A DNA stretch of 64,000 nt from Paraphysomonas bandaiensis. Its lineage: Eukaryota; Protista; Chrysophyceae. Every line of letters starts with the position of its first letter. Within the stretch, counting starts at the first letter, position 1. Both the position numbers and the translations under genes were made by a program. The notes under the pieces were generated by a model that was not told where the DNA came from, made no database searches, and saw only the letters and a list, made by a program, of their open reading frames with translations. Location: contig CBFFRP010000348.1 of assembly GCA_965644295.1 (NCBI GenBank), forward strand, positions 186,001-250,000. The letters are read 5' to 3'. Shown piece after piece: positions 37,039-49,749 of this stretch.

Positions 37039-37763
37039 ACTGAGTACACACATATACAGCAGTGTATCATACGCCAATCTGAAGATATGGTACATTGACA
37101 TACTATGCTTATAAGATTTCAAGAACTGCTCTCGCCCGCTGTCACATACACAGGTGTGGTTGGAGAAGGTGACTGCTATGGTTCACAGGAGATGCGATGA
37201 TCAGTGAGTTGTGCGGAGCACTGTTGGACATTATTCCACGTTTGAGTGACGCGCTTGAGCGGGTCTCTCGGAAAAGTGATCTATCAGGATGCACTGATGT
37301 ATCCTACTATAGTGTTAGCTTGGTGTATTGGGTGTATCATCCTCCATATTTACACTTGTCTATGACCAGCGCTTCGAATACGGAAGAGTAAAATTTTTAG
37401 CCGTCAAGGAGGAGAATTTGTTCGAGCACTGGTATATCATAGTCATTACGACTGTAGTTAGATTGCAATTATATTACCACTGTTATTGTATCTACAGAAT
37501 TTAAGATATAAGGGACCTATTCTTCAACCAAGTCTAATTGGTGTCATAATTTAGTCTTTACTAATTCGTATATTCAGTTTCCAATGACTAAGTTGACGAG
37601 ATCATTGCGTGTTGTTGACATATGTGTGTACTGTAATTGATATAAACATGAGTGTATTTATGCTACTATATATCTCTTTTTCTGTTCTCTAATTTCGCTT
37701 TGACCTGATCTACGCTGAGTTGGTTTCGCTTCACTTGTTGTGCGACTTCATTGTACTGAAATG

Positions 37764-38579
37764 CAGGGCTGCGTAACAATTAATTGAATTGCAATTAAAT
37801 TGCATAGGTAGGATATACGTAATAATTGCAATTATAATTGCTCGCTGGAAGGTTGCAATTAAATTGCAATTAATTGGCAATTATTAACTATATAGTGTAA
37901 GCACATAATATTAGAAATAGAAGTTGGAAAACATTAAGGGCGATAGTCATTTATTGCCCTTAATGGCTATTACATTGGTGGGAAGGTTGGCCTCTCATTA
38001 TAACGTTTAATTTACATTAAGAGAGGTACTGTTTCTTTGAACGGTCGATTATGACCTACAAAACTTAGTTCAGCTCGATCCATAGTATATATGTAATGCT
38101 CAATACCCTTCTAGTTTTAGATATATATAATATATAAGTAGTGTGGCAATCATGTTCTTCCGATCCTGTCTCACAGGACACTGCAGGATTGTAGTTCACC
38201 ACGAACTGGATGTGCAGCAGTATGGACATGGATTATCAGGGCTTCTTACTGTTTTTTGAAGTCGAAAGCCTGGATATTTTCTCCACTACTAATTGTGTAG
38301 AAAGGCTTTTCAGTAGAGCAAAAATCAAAATGAGTGATCTGCGCATATCTAGTATGACACCACATCGATTAGAGGCCCTTATGTTCTTGCGCTTTAATAG
38401 ATTCTGTGGAATGCAAGTACGGTTGAAGATGATATACGTGCTAGTAATGAGTAACTACGTTAATGAAAAATAAAATTGCAATTAATTGCAATTATATTGC
38501 GCAAGCTATAACTAATAATTTCAATTTAAGTGCAAAACACACTTGCAATTAAATTGCAATTAATTGTTACGCAGCCCTG
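37764..38579 (+). mobile_element. Non-autonomous hAT DNA transposon (816 bp) with 23-bp TIRs and 8-bp TSD
   Basis: TIR cagggctgcgtaacaattaattg / caattaattgttacgcagccctg. TSD CTGAAATG (37756-37763; 38580-38587). Subterminal ttgcaattaa repeats. Internal hAT dimerisation-domain remnant TTNCVERLFSRAK..MSDLR..MTPHRLEALMFLRFN. Confidence 0.93.
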
Positions 38580-38839
38580 CTGAAATGCGTAGTTTTATAC
38601 GATATACGATTACAATTTATGACTAAAGATATAAGCAGAAGTGGCCATCATATTTAGTTCTTCACAGCCATGATTCAATTATTGTAGTATCCAGTACAAT
38701 TAGAAATATCAAAAGCAAAATCACGAATTACTGGAAGGCATAGTAATATACCGTATAGTAAATCAGGAGAACGTCTATTAAAAGCTAAGTGAAATTATTA
38801 TCGAGATGCTATGTACTACCACTTAAGCGAAGAACACAT

Positions 38840-40419
38840 TCAAACATCTAACACAGACCCATAACCGGTATCAGCTCTCCTCCTAGGATAGCTTTGCTCT
38901 TCAAAAGACACAGTACGTGTGGAGGGCAGGATAGCTATGTACCATGGATACGGGCCAAATACCTGCACCGCAAGTATAAGATTTCAAGAATACTACGACA
39001 TTGTAACAGACCTCTTCAAAGTTCTTTCTGTATCCTTTATCGTAAGGATGGGCTCTAGAAGACTGATCACTGTTCACCACATATGCATCGATATTAGCAT
39101 CATTTACTGTCTAATGTGGATATACCTAGTATTGCTCTGGGACCTTGGCCTGTTCATATTTGCATAAAATTCTAATGTAGTTTGACCTGACATTACTATA
39201 GCAAAGTTTGTTATAACATCAGTACGTAGCAGTGAATAATACCTAAATATATGTGGAAAAACATAAGACTCGAAACCGCAACGTGAACTCCCACAGAAAC
39301 GAAGAAAGTCAATAGGTGAGATATTTTATCATCGGGGAAGTTCCTTAACAATTCGCCGAATAGCCGAGGCCTTGCAAAAACCCACAGTATAGACACTGGC
39401 TCACTTGTGGGACGCGGTTTCTGATTTTCTTGCGCAAGTGGAGAAAGTGAAGAGCCGTTTGCTGTTCCCGCTCGTGCTTGTCTGCGTGGGTGTTCGTGCG
39501 AATCCGTTCCAACCACTTGTAAAAATTGATAGAACTCACTCCATCCTCGCAATCCACCCTTGGATACTTTCGCCGCACTATTCTCACCCACTAGTTCTTC
39601 AGAAGTCGCAGCTCGAAAACCGACAGGCACTAGAGGGCTTGGAGTTGACAACTCCGTGCGCGCTACGTGCATCACCTCAGGCACGACAAGAAGTGTCAGA
39701 TACAGGGTGCCAATGGACGTCCAAATTAAAAATGTTACAAAGTATCTATAGTTGTGAAGCCCGACGCAATTATTAATCTGCGCCAAACGTCATGCCACAT
39801 ATATATGGTAAAAGTGTCAATTACCCATGGGCAGTGATGATCCATGCGCAACGTGCACCTCTCGCACATACTGCAGTGGTGAGCCCTTGGAGGCTTTATT
39901 ACGTTGCACTTCTTGCACTCTCTGTATTGCCAATTTGTACTTGCCAGGTTTTCGTTTTGAACACCGTCCTCATCCTTGACGGGTGATCCAGGATCAGTAA
40001 AAATAGCATAAAAATAGTTGAAAAATATATTAAAAATCACAAATATGCCTGTCATAGGAGATATATATTATCACACGGAGGCATGACAAGAGCACATGAC
40101 ATACCAGCTGCTGCATTTACTAAATGGAGTAAACTCCAGGGCTCAGTCACAGTTGGCAGCACTACAAAGAGACCTAAATATCCGAGTCCAGATATTACTA
40201 AAACAGCAACTCCTACAAGACAGAATCCAAAATACTTCATTACTTGTGCGCACAGCAGCTGTATGAGAACCTATTACTGTTACATAAGAAAACATAGTAT
40301 ATTTATTTCTCGCAGCTCACATCCATCCAAAACCCATAATCAAATTGCTGTCGGTTGCGGGCTGCGTGAAGTACGTCTTCAAAAGTATATCTCGGGTTTG
40401 AATTACTACTCTCGCCCAT
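38840..40419 (-). CDS. DHHC-CRD palmitoyltransferase (multi-exon)
   Basis: [31 protein letters not shown]|[13 protein letters not shown], four TM segments, and a C-terminal PYD.GY..NFEEVFG...W-type motif. Start [11 protein letters not shown] is inferred. Confidence 0.9.
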
Positions 40420-40979
40420 GTGATCAGGATAAGCTACTGACTAACTTCTAAATAAATGATCCTATGACTGGTTTACAATCACAGTCGTTTGCTGAAGAGA
40501 TATGATGTCGTTTAAAGCATTCTTGAACTGCTCTGAGTGAGACAGTGTGACGGCTCAGTGGTTTTATATACACAGCAAACTATACAGAGAGAAGACCAAT
40601 ACGATATGTTCGACTGGGAATACACATCCAATACATACTGTATACCGGATATTCAGTTTGTTCATATGGTGGTGCTGTATGTCCCTTTATAGCTGGACGC
40701 GCCTACAGAGCTGCTGTATTCTAACCTGGACATTGGCGCACATACATGTCCAATATACAATATACAGAAGCACTGAGATATACACCATATAAACATACTA
40801 CAGCACTGTACATCCAGCAGCAGTACTGTATATCGTACTGCAGGTACGAGTATATACTGTATATGATACCATCACACTACATACATACACACATATATAT
40901 ATATATAATCATCCATTGATGGCTGCATAGTTGATTCGTTAACAAGATTTCGAAGTAGATCTTGCGGTGCGTCATCAAG

Positions 40980-43900
40980 ATGGACGACAGTGATAGGTCA
41001 GAGTCTGTTAACTTAACACTTAACGACGACGCGCCCGCCACTACGAAACTACCCAGATACAACTCAGAGCCTGTTCAACGGGTTAAAGTATCTCAAGATT
41101 CAGACCCTCTGGCACAGCGAGTGGATGATGATATTGATTCGCTGCCCAAGTCTGTTAATGCAACTCTACGGAGCTCAGATGAAGCAAGAGTTGCCTCTGC
41201 GATGTATGAAGCGTCCAAGAAGAGGAAAACTGGCTCGATATATAGTGTTAAAGTACAAATGTCCGAGACAGGAACTATAGGGATTGGTGTAAAGGTTTTA
41301 AAAAACAATATTATGGCTGTCTCGTTGCTGAAAAGGGAGGGTGGGTTACCAGGCACAGGGGAGGCAGCTGGGATTCGATTGGGTATGGACGAAATTCCGA
41401 TTAATGATATCAATTAACATCATGTGCAGGTGATATCGTTGTAGGGGTAAACTTTCGCCCATGTCGGGATGGTGTACGTACGCTACTGGCTGTCGTGAGA
41501 GAAGAATCGTCAAAAGGGGCACGGACTGTACAGCTACAATGCTGGCGATGCCATCAGCTCTGTACTGATGCTGTCCCCGGATCACTTTTCCCCCGTGCAG
41601 ATGATGTATTTGTACAGGGTTATACTCTATTCAGGTCGAAAGTCTTCAATGACTGGGAAAGATGGAACTTTGTAGAGATCATGCTGAGGTAAGTACGAAT
41701 GTGGTGTCTGCGCATCACGATTATATGTTGCTGTAGACATATGAGTGATGAGTTAGACTATCGTATTGCGTCTGCTTCCAGCGCACTGTCCACTGGAAAT
41801 TCATATCCCCGAATACGTGCTATTCACAACCAGGTCCTTGACCTAGAGCGGAATATTTTGCAGGTACAACACGATATATATATAGCCAACATGTGCCGCT
41901 GATGATCGCATTGCATTGTCAGGCTAAAGGACTACGAACTGCTCTTTGCGTACGCATAGTACACACCAGTTTTGTAGAGGATGCTGTGGTATATGTATTG
42001 CGTGTGGAGGATGTGGAGAGCGGCTTGCAGTGGATTGTTCGCAAGCGGTATGTCACTGGTTGACATGTGTTTGCTAATATTGTGTGTGCTGCAGCTATCG
42101 TGACTTCTTCTCCCTGCATGGAGACCTTGTTAAAATGAGCCAGTATACTAGAGTAAGAGAATATTTAAGTTATATAGGGTTTCACTATTTGCACAGGATA
42201 TCCCCTTTCCGAAGAAACGGCTGGTCTCACTGCGAACATCCACCCGTGTCATAGAAGAGCGTATTGTGGCCCTGGAGCAGTTTGTGAGGATGGCTGTGCA
42301 TAGACTTACGCACTACTCTGCCATGGATGCACATGCCAGTCAGTCTCTTAGGCGGCTACAGCAGTTTCTAGGTTGGTGCTGAGTTCATGCTAGCTAGTGG
42401 CATTTAACAATACCGTGCGCTAAATTTTAACCAGATGTGGAAGAGTTCGTTAATTGCCTTCATCCCCCACCTTTGGATGATCAGCGTTACTTGGAGCTGA
42501 TGGTGTACCGGTGAGAGTATTAGCAAGCACATCGTATTGTACAATCCACTCATGTATCTATAGACACCTCAACGACTTCAACTCTCTGTCCTGTCAGCAA
42601 TGTATCCGATTCGTGGACTCGGTGGATCTAGACTCGCTAGCAACAGAAGGTCCTTTGGGATACCAGCCAGTATTGGACTTGTTGAGCCAGGCGCTTAGTG
42701 AGGTGGAAGAGTACACGTTACAGCAGTTCGGTCAGCAAATGACCCACGTGCTTAGTGACCGACGGCCGGGGTCTAGTCAAGACAAAATAAGAGTCTTTGT
42801 CAGACGATGTGTGCGCAGACAAGTAGAGGCCGCTGTGTATCTCCCTCTGAGACGCACAGTATTCAGGATAGTATATTCGTACATAGCAGCAAAGGTATGA
42901 ATATGCGAGGAATTTGTACTACATCACGAACAATGCTACAGGCACAAAAGCTACAGCATGCTATGAAGACATTGCGAGGAGTACCCCCTTCTGTTTTCTT
43001 CGTAAACAGCGCTGTTGAGACAGCGGCAAGACTGAATGACACAATGCAGGCATTTAGGTAGGTGATAGTTAGATGGTGTTTTCAATAGGCTCTTATCTGC
43101 CCCATTCAGAGATCTTGTTGGGGCATTTTTACCTGCGGATCAGGGGCATGCGCTCATGAAGGCCGCTGCTGCTGTAATGGAACTACATAGCGAGTGCTCT
43201 CTGAAGAAATCGAAAACCAGTGATTCTAGTATGCAGAGCGGAAGTAATTCAGATCATAATAATCAACCTGCTGCGACAAACACAGCAAATTCCGGGGTCG
43301 AGGGCGTTGAGCTTAAGACTTCCTCAGCTACACAGAATGAATCTTCCGATTCGAAATCTGAAACTAGTAAACAAGTGCAACAGCCGACTCGCTCAAGATC
43401 GCTGAGTGACATATCGTCGATGGCCGATATGATGAACAAAGCCGTTCTCGCTGATCCAGCCGGCACCATATTTTCTGCTGCTGAACACGCACTGACCGAC
43501 AAGCGTGACTTTGACGATGAGCCTGGGATTGCTCAGCGGGAATCAGCGGTGAGGCTACCGGAAAGACGCTTTTTCGGTGAGAAGAGCGCCGCGCGGTACT
43601 CTGGGAAAGACTTGAGGCGGGGAAACCAGACTTCTTCTGCAGATGCGCCTGCGGTGGAGCCACCTAGCCCGGCATTTTCAGGTGAACGTCATAGTACTCA
43701 TCACTCTTAGCGCTGACGTTATGCAAAGTTCAACAAGAGAGTGAGGGAGCCTCTAAGCCCTCACGTGAGGTCCTGCTCGAAGGATTGCTACGCGCATCTG
43801 TCGATATTCGTCCAACTTCGTCTGATGAAGGAGATAAAGTTGTTGCTATTCGTGGTAGCAGCAAGCACGAGCCCAACAGTTGCGAAAGCATAACGCCAGC

Positions 43901-44643
43901 AGAGAGCGAGGGTAGCAGTATTAAGTCATCAGGAACTCGTGATAATAGTGGACTGACTTCCTCTGGAGGGAGAAGGCGAGGCCTAAGCTTGAGTAGTGCT
44001 GTTCTCGTCAACATAGATGAGACCCCGCTTGGTGACGACCGTCCGGAGGATGAAATCCCAGACGATTACTGTGTAGATGGAGTGGAAGAGGATGAGCATG
44101 GAGGTGGAAGTTTGGGAAGAGACACCATACATAGTAGCGTTATTTCCGAGGAGATAAACGACGGTGCTGCCAGTGCTGGGGCGTTTTACGAGGTGAAATT
44201 GCTGTCAGCCCTTGGTATTATGCCACACCATCTAATATATTGTTCGTTATTGTAGGGCACGAAGAACTACACCGTTGTCAGTGCGGATGATTTTCTTCCG
44301 ATGTTCACCTACGTCCTTGTATGTTGTGCAATAATCATTTCTTCTCTTAATTATTATTGTTCTATTTGTATAGGTTCAGTCAGATTTGCCACAGCTGCTG
44401 CTTGTGAAAGAAGTAATGTCTTCACTTGTTGATAATGAGGAAATGTATGGAGAATGCGGTTAGTTTTGCGACTTCTGTGGTGTGTGTATCTTATATTGCC
44501 CAGGTTACTATATGGCTACGCTGGAGGCGTCTGTTCAGCATGTATTAAATTTAGCCGATGATTATAATGCCACGTTAGCGAATGCTGCATTGTTGAAACA
44601 GAATAGTGCTGTGACTTCTCCTCCAAAATGGAATGAGGTTTAG
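40980..44643 (+). CDS. PDZ-like + PX + VPS9 domain protein (putative Rab5-family GEF), many exons
   Basis: PDZ-like IGIGV...GEAAGIRLGDIVVGVN. PX VYVLRV...WIVRKRYRDFFSLH...FPKKR...IEERIVALEQFV. VPS9 SADDFLPMFTYVLVQS...GECGYYMATLEASVQH. Confidence 0.82.
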
Positions 44644-44914
44644 AAGTATGACGGGCAATACATTTTTTGTGAATTGTTTTAGAACGTGTTAAAGTGTTTT
44701 TGTCGGAGTATGCGCTTATCAGGTTTCAATTCCGAGAGCTGTAAAAGCGATTAAGCTAGTGTGAGTGAGTTCTGTGGGGGTGGCTATAGTTAATAATTCA
44801 GGTTAACACAATTGCTCTTGTATATCATGGAGAAAATAAAATTTAGTACTATGTTGATTTGTACGCATATCGCCAAGACTCCATACTTGTGAATGTCTGA
44901 TTATTACCATTAGT

Positions 44915-45260
44915 GTTGCGTTTTGCTATTTGAGCAATTAAAAGCTGTAATTCTATCCGTCAGTTATCTCTCGTGATGTAAAGATTTAATCTACAGCGTA
45001 TCCGTCAGTTAGGTCTCGTGATATGAAGAGTCTATCTACAGCTTTGAATTGAGAGGGAGTGTAGAGTTTTGCTATTGAGGCAATTTAAAGTTGTAATTCT
45101 AAGGTATTGGAATTATGACAGTTAGTCGAAGAATACAGTAGTGGTTACCTGTATTATGAGAACTAACAACATGATGGCTACTGTAGTAATGAAACTGAAT
45201 ATAATACATTGACGATGTAAGATCGTTCGAGAAATAATTGGTTGTAGAGATAACATGAAA
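44915..45260 (-). repeat. AT-rich repeat family B, copy 2, with internal ~44-bp tandem duplication
   Basis: tatccgtcagtta...tctcgtgat...atctacagc occurs twice (44954-45042). ttttgctatt...gcaatt.aaag.tgtaattcta occurs twice. Reverse-complement similarity to 31160-31350. Confidence 0.6.
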
Positions 45261-45499
45261 TTGATGAATGCGAAGAGATATTGATTATAATTTTATAACA
45301 AGATAATTGAGTGAATACACGTCCAGTTAACTCATAGTAAATTATTCAATTGTGTCAAAACTTGACATATAGGACACACGCAAACCAACTATATAATTTT
45401 AAAGCCCTGTTTACTGAGGGCGTCAATATGAAGCGATAGCGGAATGTTAGATGAAAACAAAGGAAAATTAAAAAATTGTGTTGTGTGCGTATAGGCATG

Positions 45500-45836
45500 C
45501 TAGTCAAAACTAACTGGCTGTGCGTCACCGCATGCACCATTTGGGCAAACACTTTCGCTCTATGTCCTTAAGATGAACAGGCCGGATGCTTGACTCAGCA
45601 GTTCTGCAGGCAGCCCGCTGCCTTTTTGTCAGGGCCTAAGACGTCTGCACAACTACACAAGTGACATTAATTAGAGTGTCCCTTGTACCACACACGCATT
45701 TTTTGGCTATGAGTGGGCAGAGCAGTATCTGCTGACTATATATGCGGCTCCCGTTACGAAGTTTCCCAAAGAAATCTCTCCGGCACTCATTCCCCAGAAG
45801 ATTACGACAAGGAGCGAGTCCGGTTTTGTTGAGGGT
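45500..45836 (-). repeat. Repeat family A, copy 2 (inverted)
   Basis: Reverse complement matches 46383 onward; 45696-45836 has one mismatch against 46383-46523. Confidence 0.9.
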
Positions 45837-46382
45837 GTAACACAACACTCTCTAAAATAATTAAAATTGTTTGATTGCTATATCTATATCGTTACAAATA
45901 ACAATCAATAGTATCTTAGATATAGTCACAATCTTATACACAGTCAATATGGTTTTCCAGTTTGGCTGCTATGCTATTTCATAGCACATCGTTAACGTTC
46001 TTATAATAGTGTATTGAAAAACGTATGCAGAGTAGAGAAGGTGCAAAGACCTGATGTGCCATGGTTAAATGAATCCAATGTTGAAAACCTCTAAAAGATT
46101 AACGGATAGTACAGAACTTCAATATGTTCCTTATGCAGAAAGACCAAAGCGAGATATTGCGATGACGGAGGGTCCACGTGCAAACCCGCCATTAAATAAA
46201 TGCTATCGCTTCTTCGTGCCGTCACAGGAGTAGATACCCAGCTTCAAACTTTTAGAGTGCCGAGATTTAAATATATGTGTGGGCAAAGATCGCAGAGCGA
46301 TAATTGGATCTTTGAAAATTAACAAATGAAGTCTACATCACCATCAAGTTTAATGTCTTGAAACTATTAGCTACAGAACTGA

Positions 46383-46850
46383 ACCCTCAACAAAACCGGA
46401 CTCGCTCCTTGTCGTAATCTTTTGGGGAATGAGTGCCGGAGAGATTTCTTTGGGAAACTTCGTAACGGGAGCCGCATATATAGTCAGCAGATACTGCTCT
46501 GCCCACTCATAGCCAAAAAATGCTTGTGTCACTTGTGTAGTTGTGTAGACGTCTTTGAACCTTGACGAATAAACAGACATCCGGGGTATTTTGGGCTGCC
46601 TGCTGAAGTCAAGCATCAGGGGTGTTCACCTTAAGTTAGCAGATTTCAGTCTTTTATCAACATTCTGCTTGCTCACTGCGTTTTTGCTTTGAGTGATAGA
46701 GCAAAAGTGGTGGCACCAATGGTGCTTGCGGTGATGCACAAGCGCAAAATAGTAGGATATCAGAGTTAAGCGCTCTAGTTATAGTGAAATTGCTTTGCTA
46801 CATTAGTTATGACTCTTTCTTACGCGCCTATAGCTAATAATCCGACATTT
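46383..46850 (+). repeat. Repeat family A, copy 3
   Basis: Same blocks and same 5' boundary (cctcaacaaaaccggactcgctcctt) as the 17192 copy. Confidence 0.9.
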
Positions 46851-47475
46851 ACCACATAACGGGAATTTGCATCAGAACAGAAGCAGTCAGTATAAACATT
46901 TCCATAGAAATATCACGTCAACAGGACTTTTTAGGAGTATTTAAAGGTTGTATATTAGAAGTTAGAAGTATATATTTAATATTGGCAGAAGAGTTTGAGT
47001 GAGTATGTCATTTGCGTAGTAGTTTTCTGCATTTTTTTGTCAAACCGTATCTAGGAATATCAAAATCAACACAGTAAAATTAATTGACATTCATTCTATA
47101 TTTTTTGATATTTCTCAATTAGATGGAGGCTACTTAGCGGTTATTTACCTGCAACTAATTGGAAGTTTTCCTGTTTTCTTCCAATTCGATCATTGCATAT
47201 AGTTGGGAAGTTCATCGTCTCACACAGCCTCGTGCACATTGTGATTAAAAATAATGAAGAAAAAATGAATTCTCTTCGAAAATAGAGTAAAGTTGAAATG
47301 TTAATCCTTAATACATGTTCTACGTTTTAGGGATTTTTTAAATTACAATACATCGCCATCATGGTAAATTCTATAGACATAACTGTATCAAAATGTGTAA
47401 AGGATCTATTGAAATACACTGCTTTCTGACACAAACGCAAATGTCCAGTCAACAATGAAAAACAGGAGAAACAAT

Positions 47476-49362
47476 TTACCCAATTACAGTTCCATCACCA
47501 TTCATTTTTTTCATTGCAACTAACAAGAAAAATAACAGTGTGAGGAATAGAAGAAATCGTATCACGTAAGCCAAACAACCCGGCGAGCCTATAAAAAATA
47601 AGAAATAGCGAGAAACAGTGTTCAACTGCTACCTTTTCTCATAATTGTGGCGAGTTTGTAATCAGCAGAGCAAGATACCACTATGTCCGATACGTTTGAT
47701 GCTTTTGTATCCCCTACATTCACCAAAATGAGTGCATGTCATCATATGCACTACGAGTAAAACATGTCTAACCCGTTTCTGAGATCACTATCCTTGGGGC
47801 GATTCCAAGCCCAGTCACAGGGAAATCATGGCAGCGATCCATGGAGACCTGATATAGAAGTGTTTAAACAATGCAAAATACTATAACTACAGACATATAG
47901 CACCTTTGTCAAAGTGGGAAGATCAAAAACAGCGACACATCCCTCACAATCACCGAGAACCAGAATGGACTTTTCAGCTTCATCCGAAATAACCAAACGG
48001 CAACCCGGAACATTACTCGCCTTAATAGCTCTGTACACACCATCAAACCCATGTTCATAATTACATCATACGAAACACTGACTTCATAGGAGCCACGCTC
48101 ACAGACAGTTTGTCTTTTGTTTTATCTTTCTCGACTCTCCAACTGCAATCAACATTATCTTTAATACTACTGCGTACAGGGAACACTACGTTACTATGTG
48201 GGCAGGCCCAGTGCCGCAACTCTGAAGTGTGTAGAGTGATTCGCCGTCAGGAGAAAACCTAAAGTAAGAGTCAGAGAGCATAGTAATATGGTCACCCACT
48301 TACACTGCCCCCCGGCACTTTACTTGCTGACTTTTCGCAGGAGATTTCGCCTTCGTTGTGGCCTGCTGAGTAGTGCCGTCCGTACTGCAGACAGCCTGAG
48401 CAAAAAAGGAGAATGAATAAAGGACTCAGTCGTAAGGTCTACAATATACTCACTACGGCGATTTCACAGCGCCTCTCAAGGTCCCACACTCTGCATGTGC
48501 CGTCATCAGAACCAGAAACTACCCATTCCTCAACCGGGTGTACTGACAGAGATTTCACAGGACCCTGATGCCCACTAAGCTCACAAACTTTGGATACATT
48601 CCAAGACCCCTTTACTCTCTGTATATTCCATAAATAGCACACTCCATTCTCCCCTGTGAACCATCTCTCCATAACATATCGAAGCGCCCAAATTTTACTG
48701 TAGCTTACCTCCAGTGACAATTCTATTCTTTGAAAAAATACTTGCATTCTGCACGAAGATTTTATTTTTGTGTTACAAAACCAAAGGAATGTACCATCGA
48801 CATATCAGCTTCTACCAGCTCAGCCGATGCAAAATCAGCAAGCGTTTTGGAGCTAGAAAATAGGTAGACTAAATAAGGATTTAATCATTTGATGTGGACA
48901 AACCTTATTTTACCATCCGCTGTGACTGACAGCTCCATCAAGGAGCATTTCGATGAAAACGACGCACAAATCATCGTCACTCCCTACATATTCGACATAA
49001 GAGCGACAAGAGTGAACTCCTGTAAGAGTGGAATGCGACAACACACCTCACAGTCTCCTCCACTGACACACTCGCAGAGCTCCTCTGTCTGTATGCTCGA
49101 TAGCAGCTCACATCCCGCCGCACCGACAAACCTCATCACATGCTGCGCATAAACACTTCAGTGAGCGGAGAGGATAAGAGAGGTGAGGACAGGGCAGGGA
49201 AGGACAGGGGCTTACGATGTAGTTCTTGACTCCGCTCTTGAAAGTGGTTCCTCCTCCGCCTGGAAGAAGAGCGACTGTATTCACACACCCGTCCTCTCCA
49301 GGGGACACTCGCAGCCATGTTAATCCAAAGCACGGACCGTTTAAGCGATTCAATATCGGCAT
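47476..49362 (-). CDS. SEC12: SEC12/PREB-like WD40 Sar1 guanine-nucleotide exchange factor (many exons)
   Basis: N-terminal K-loop-like PGGGGTTFKSGVKNYI, WD40 repeat GHQGPVKSLSVHP..EWVVSGSDDGTCRVWDL, H.FPVTGLG, VSCSADYKL, and a C-terminal TM anchor YVIRFLLFLTLLFFLLVAM. Confidence 0.78.
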
Positions 49363-49749
49363 CTCTCTTAGTGGGCTCTCTCGGCTGTGTTGTGACGGCA
49401 GCTGCTGCAGGATTTAATAGCGATACGACGCAGCACCCTACAGAGTGTAGTGCTCTGTATACTCGTATAGAGGAATAGACCATACAGGATCCTTATGTCT
49501 AGATGTATGTACATCAGTGCAACAGTACAAGTGTATAGCTTCTAATGCGTGTTCAGGTACAATATGCAGGTACGCTATCACCAGGTACAAAAATATCTGC
49601 TCATCCAACTACGACACGGTTGATGATTGTACATCCCGAGTATACATACATACACGTACAGAGCGAGCAGTATACAGACGTCTCTGTATCATGCATATCT
49701 CATCACAGCACATATAAACAATCAGAGTAGTAGACCTGCAGGTTTATAG

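Noticed and set aside
37190-37300. Possible box C/D snoRNA (GCGATGA...CTGA)
   Set aside because: Non-canonical C box, poor terminal stem in the k-turn register, and only about 9 nt of possible rRNA complementarity.
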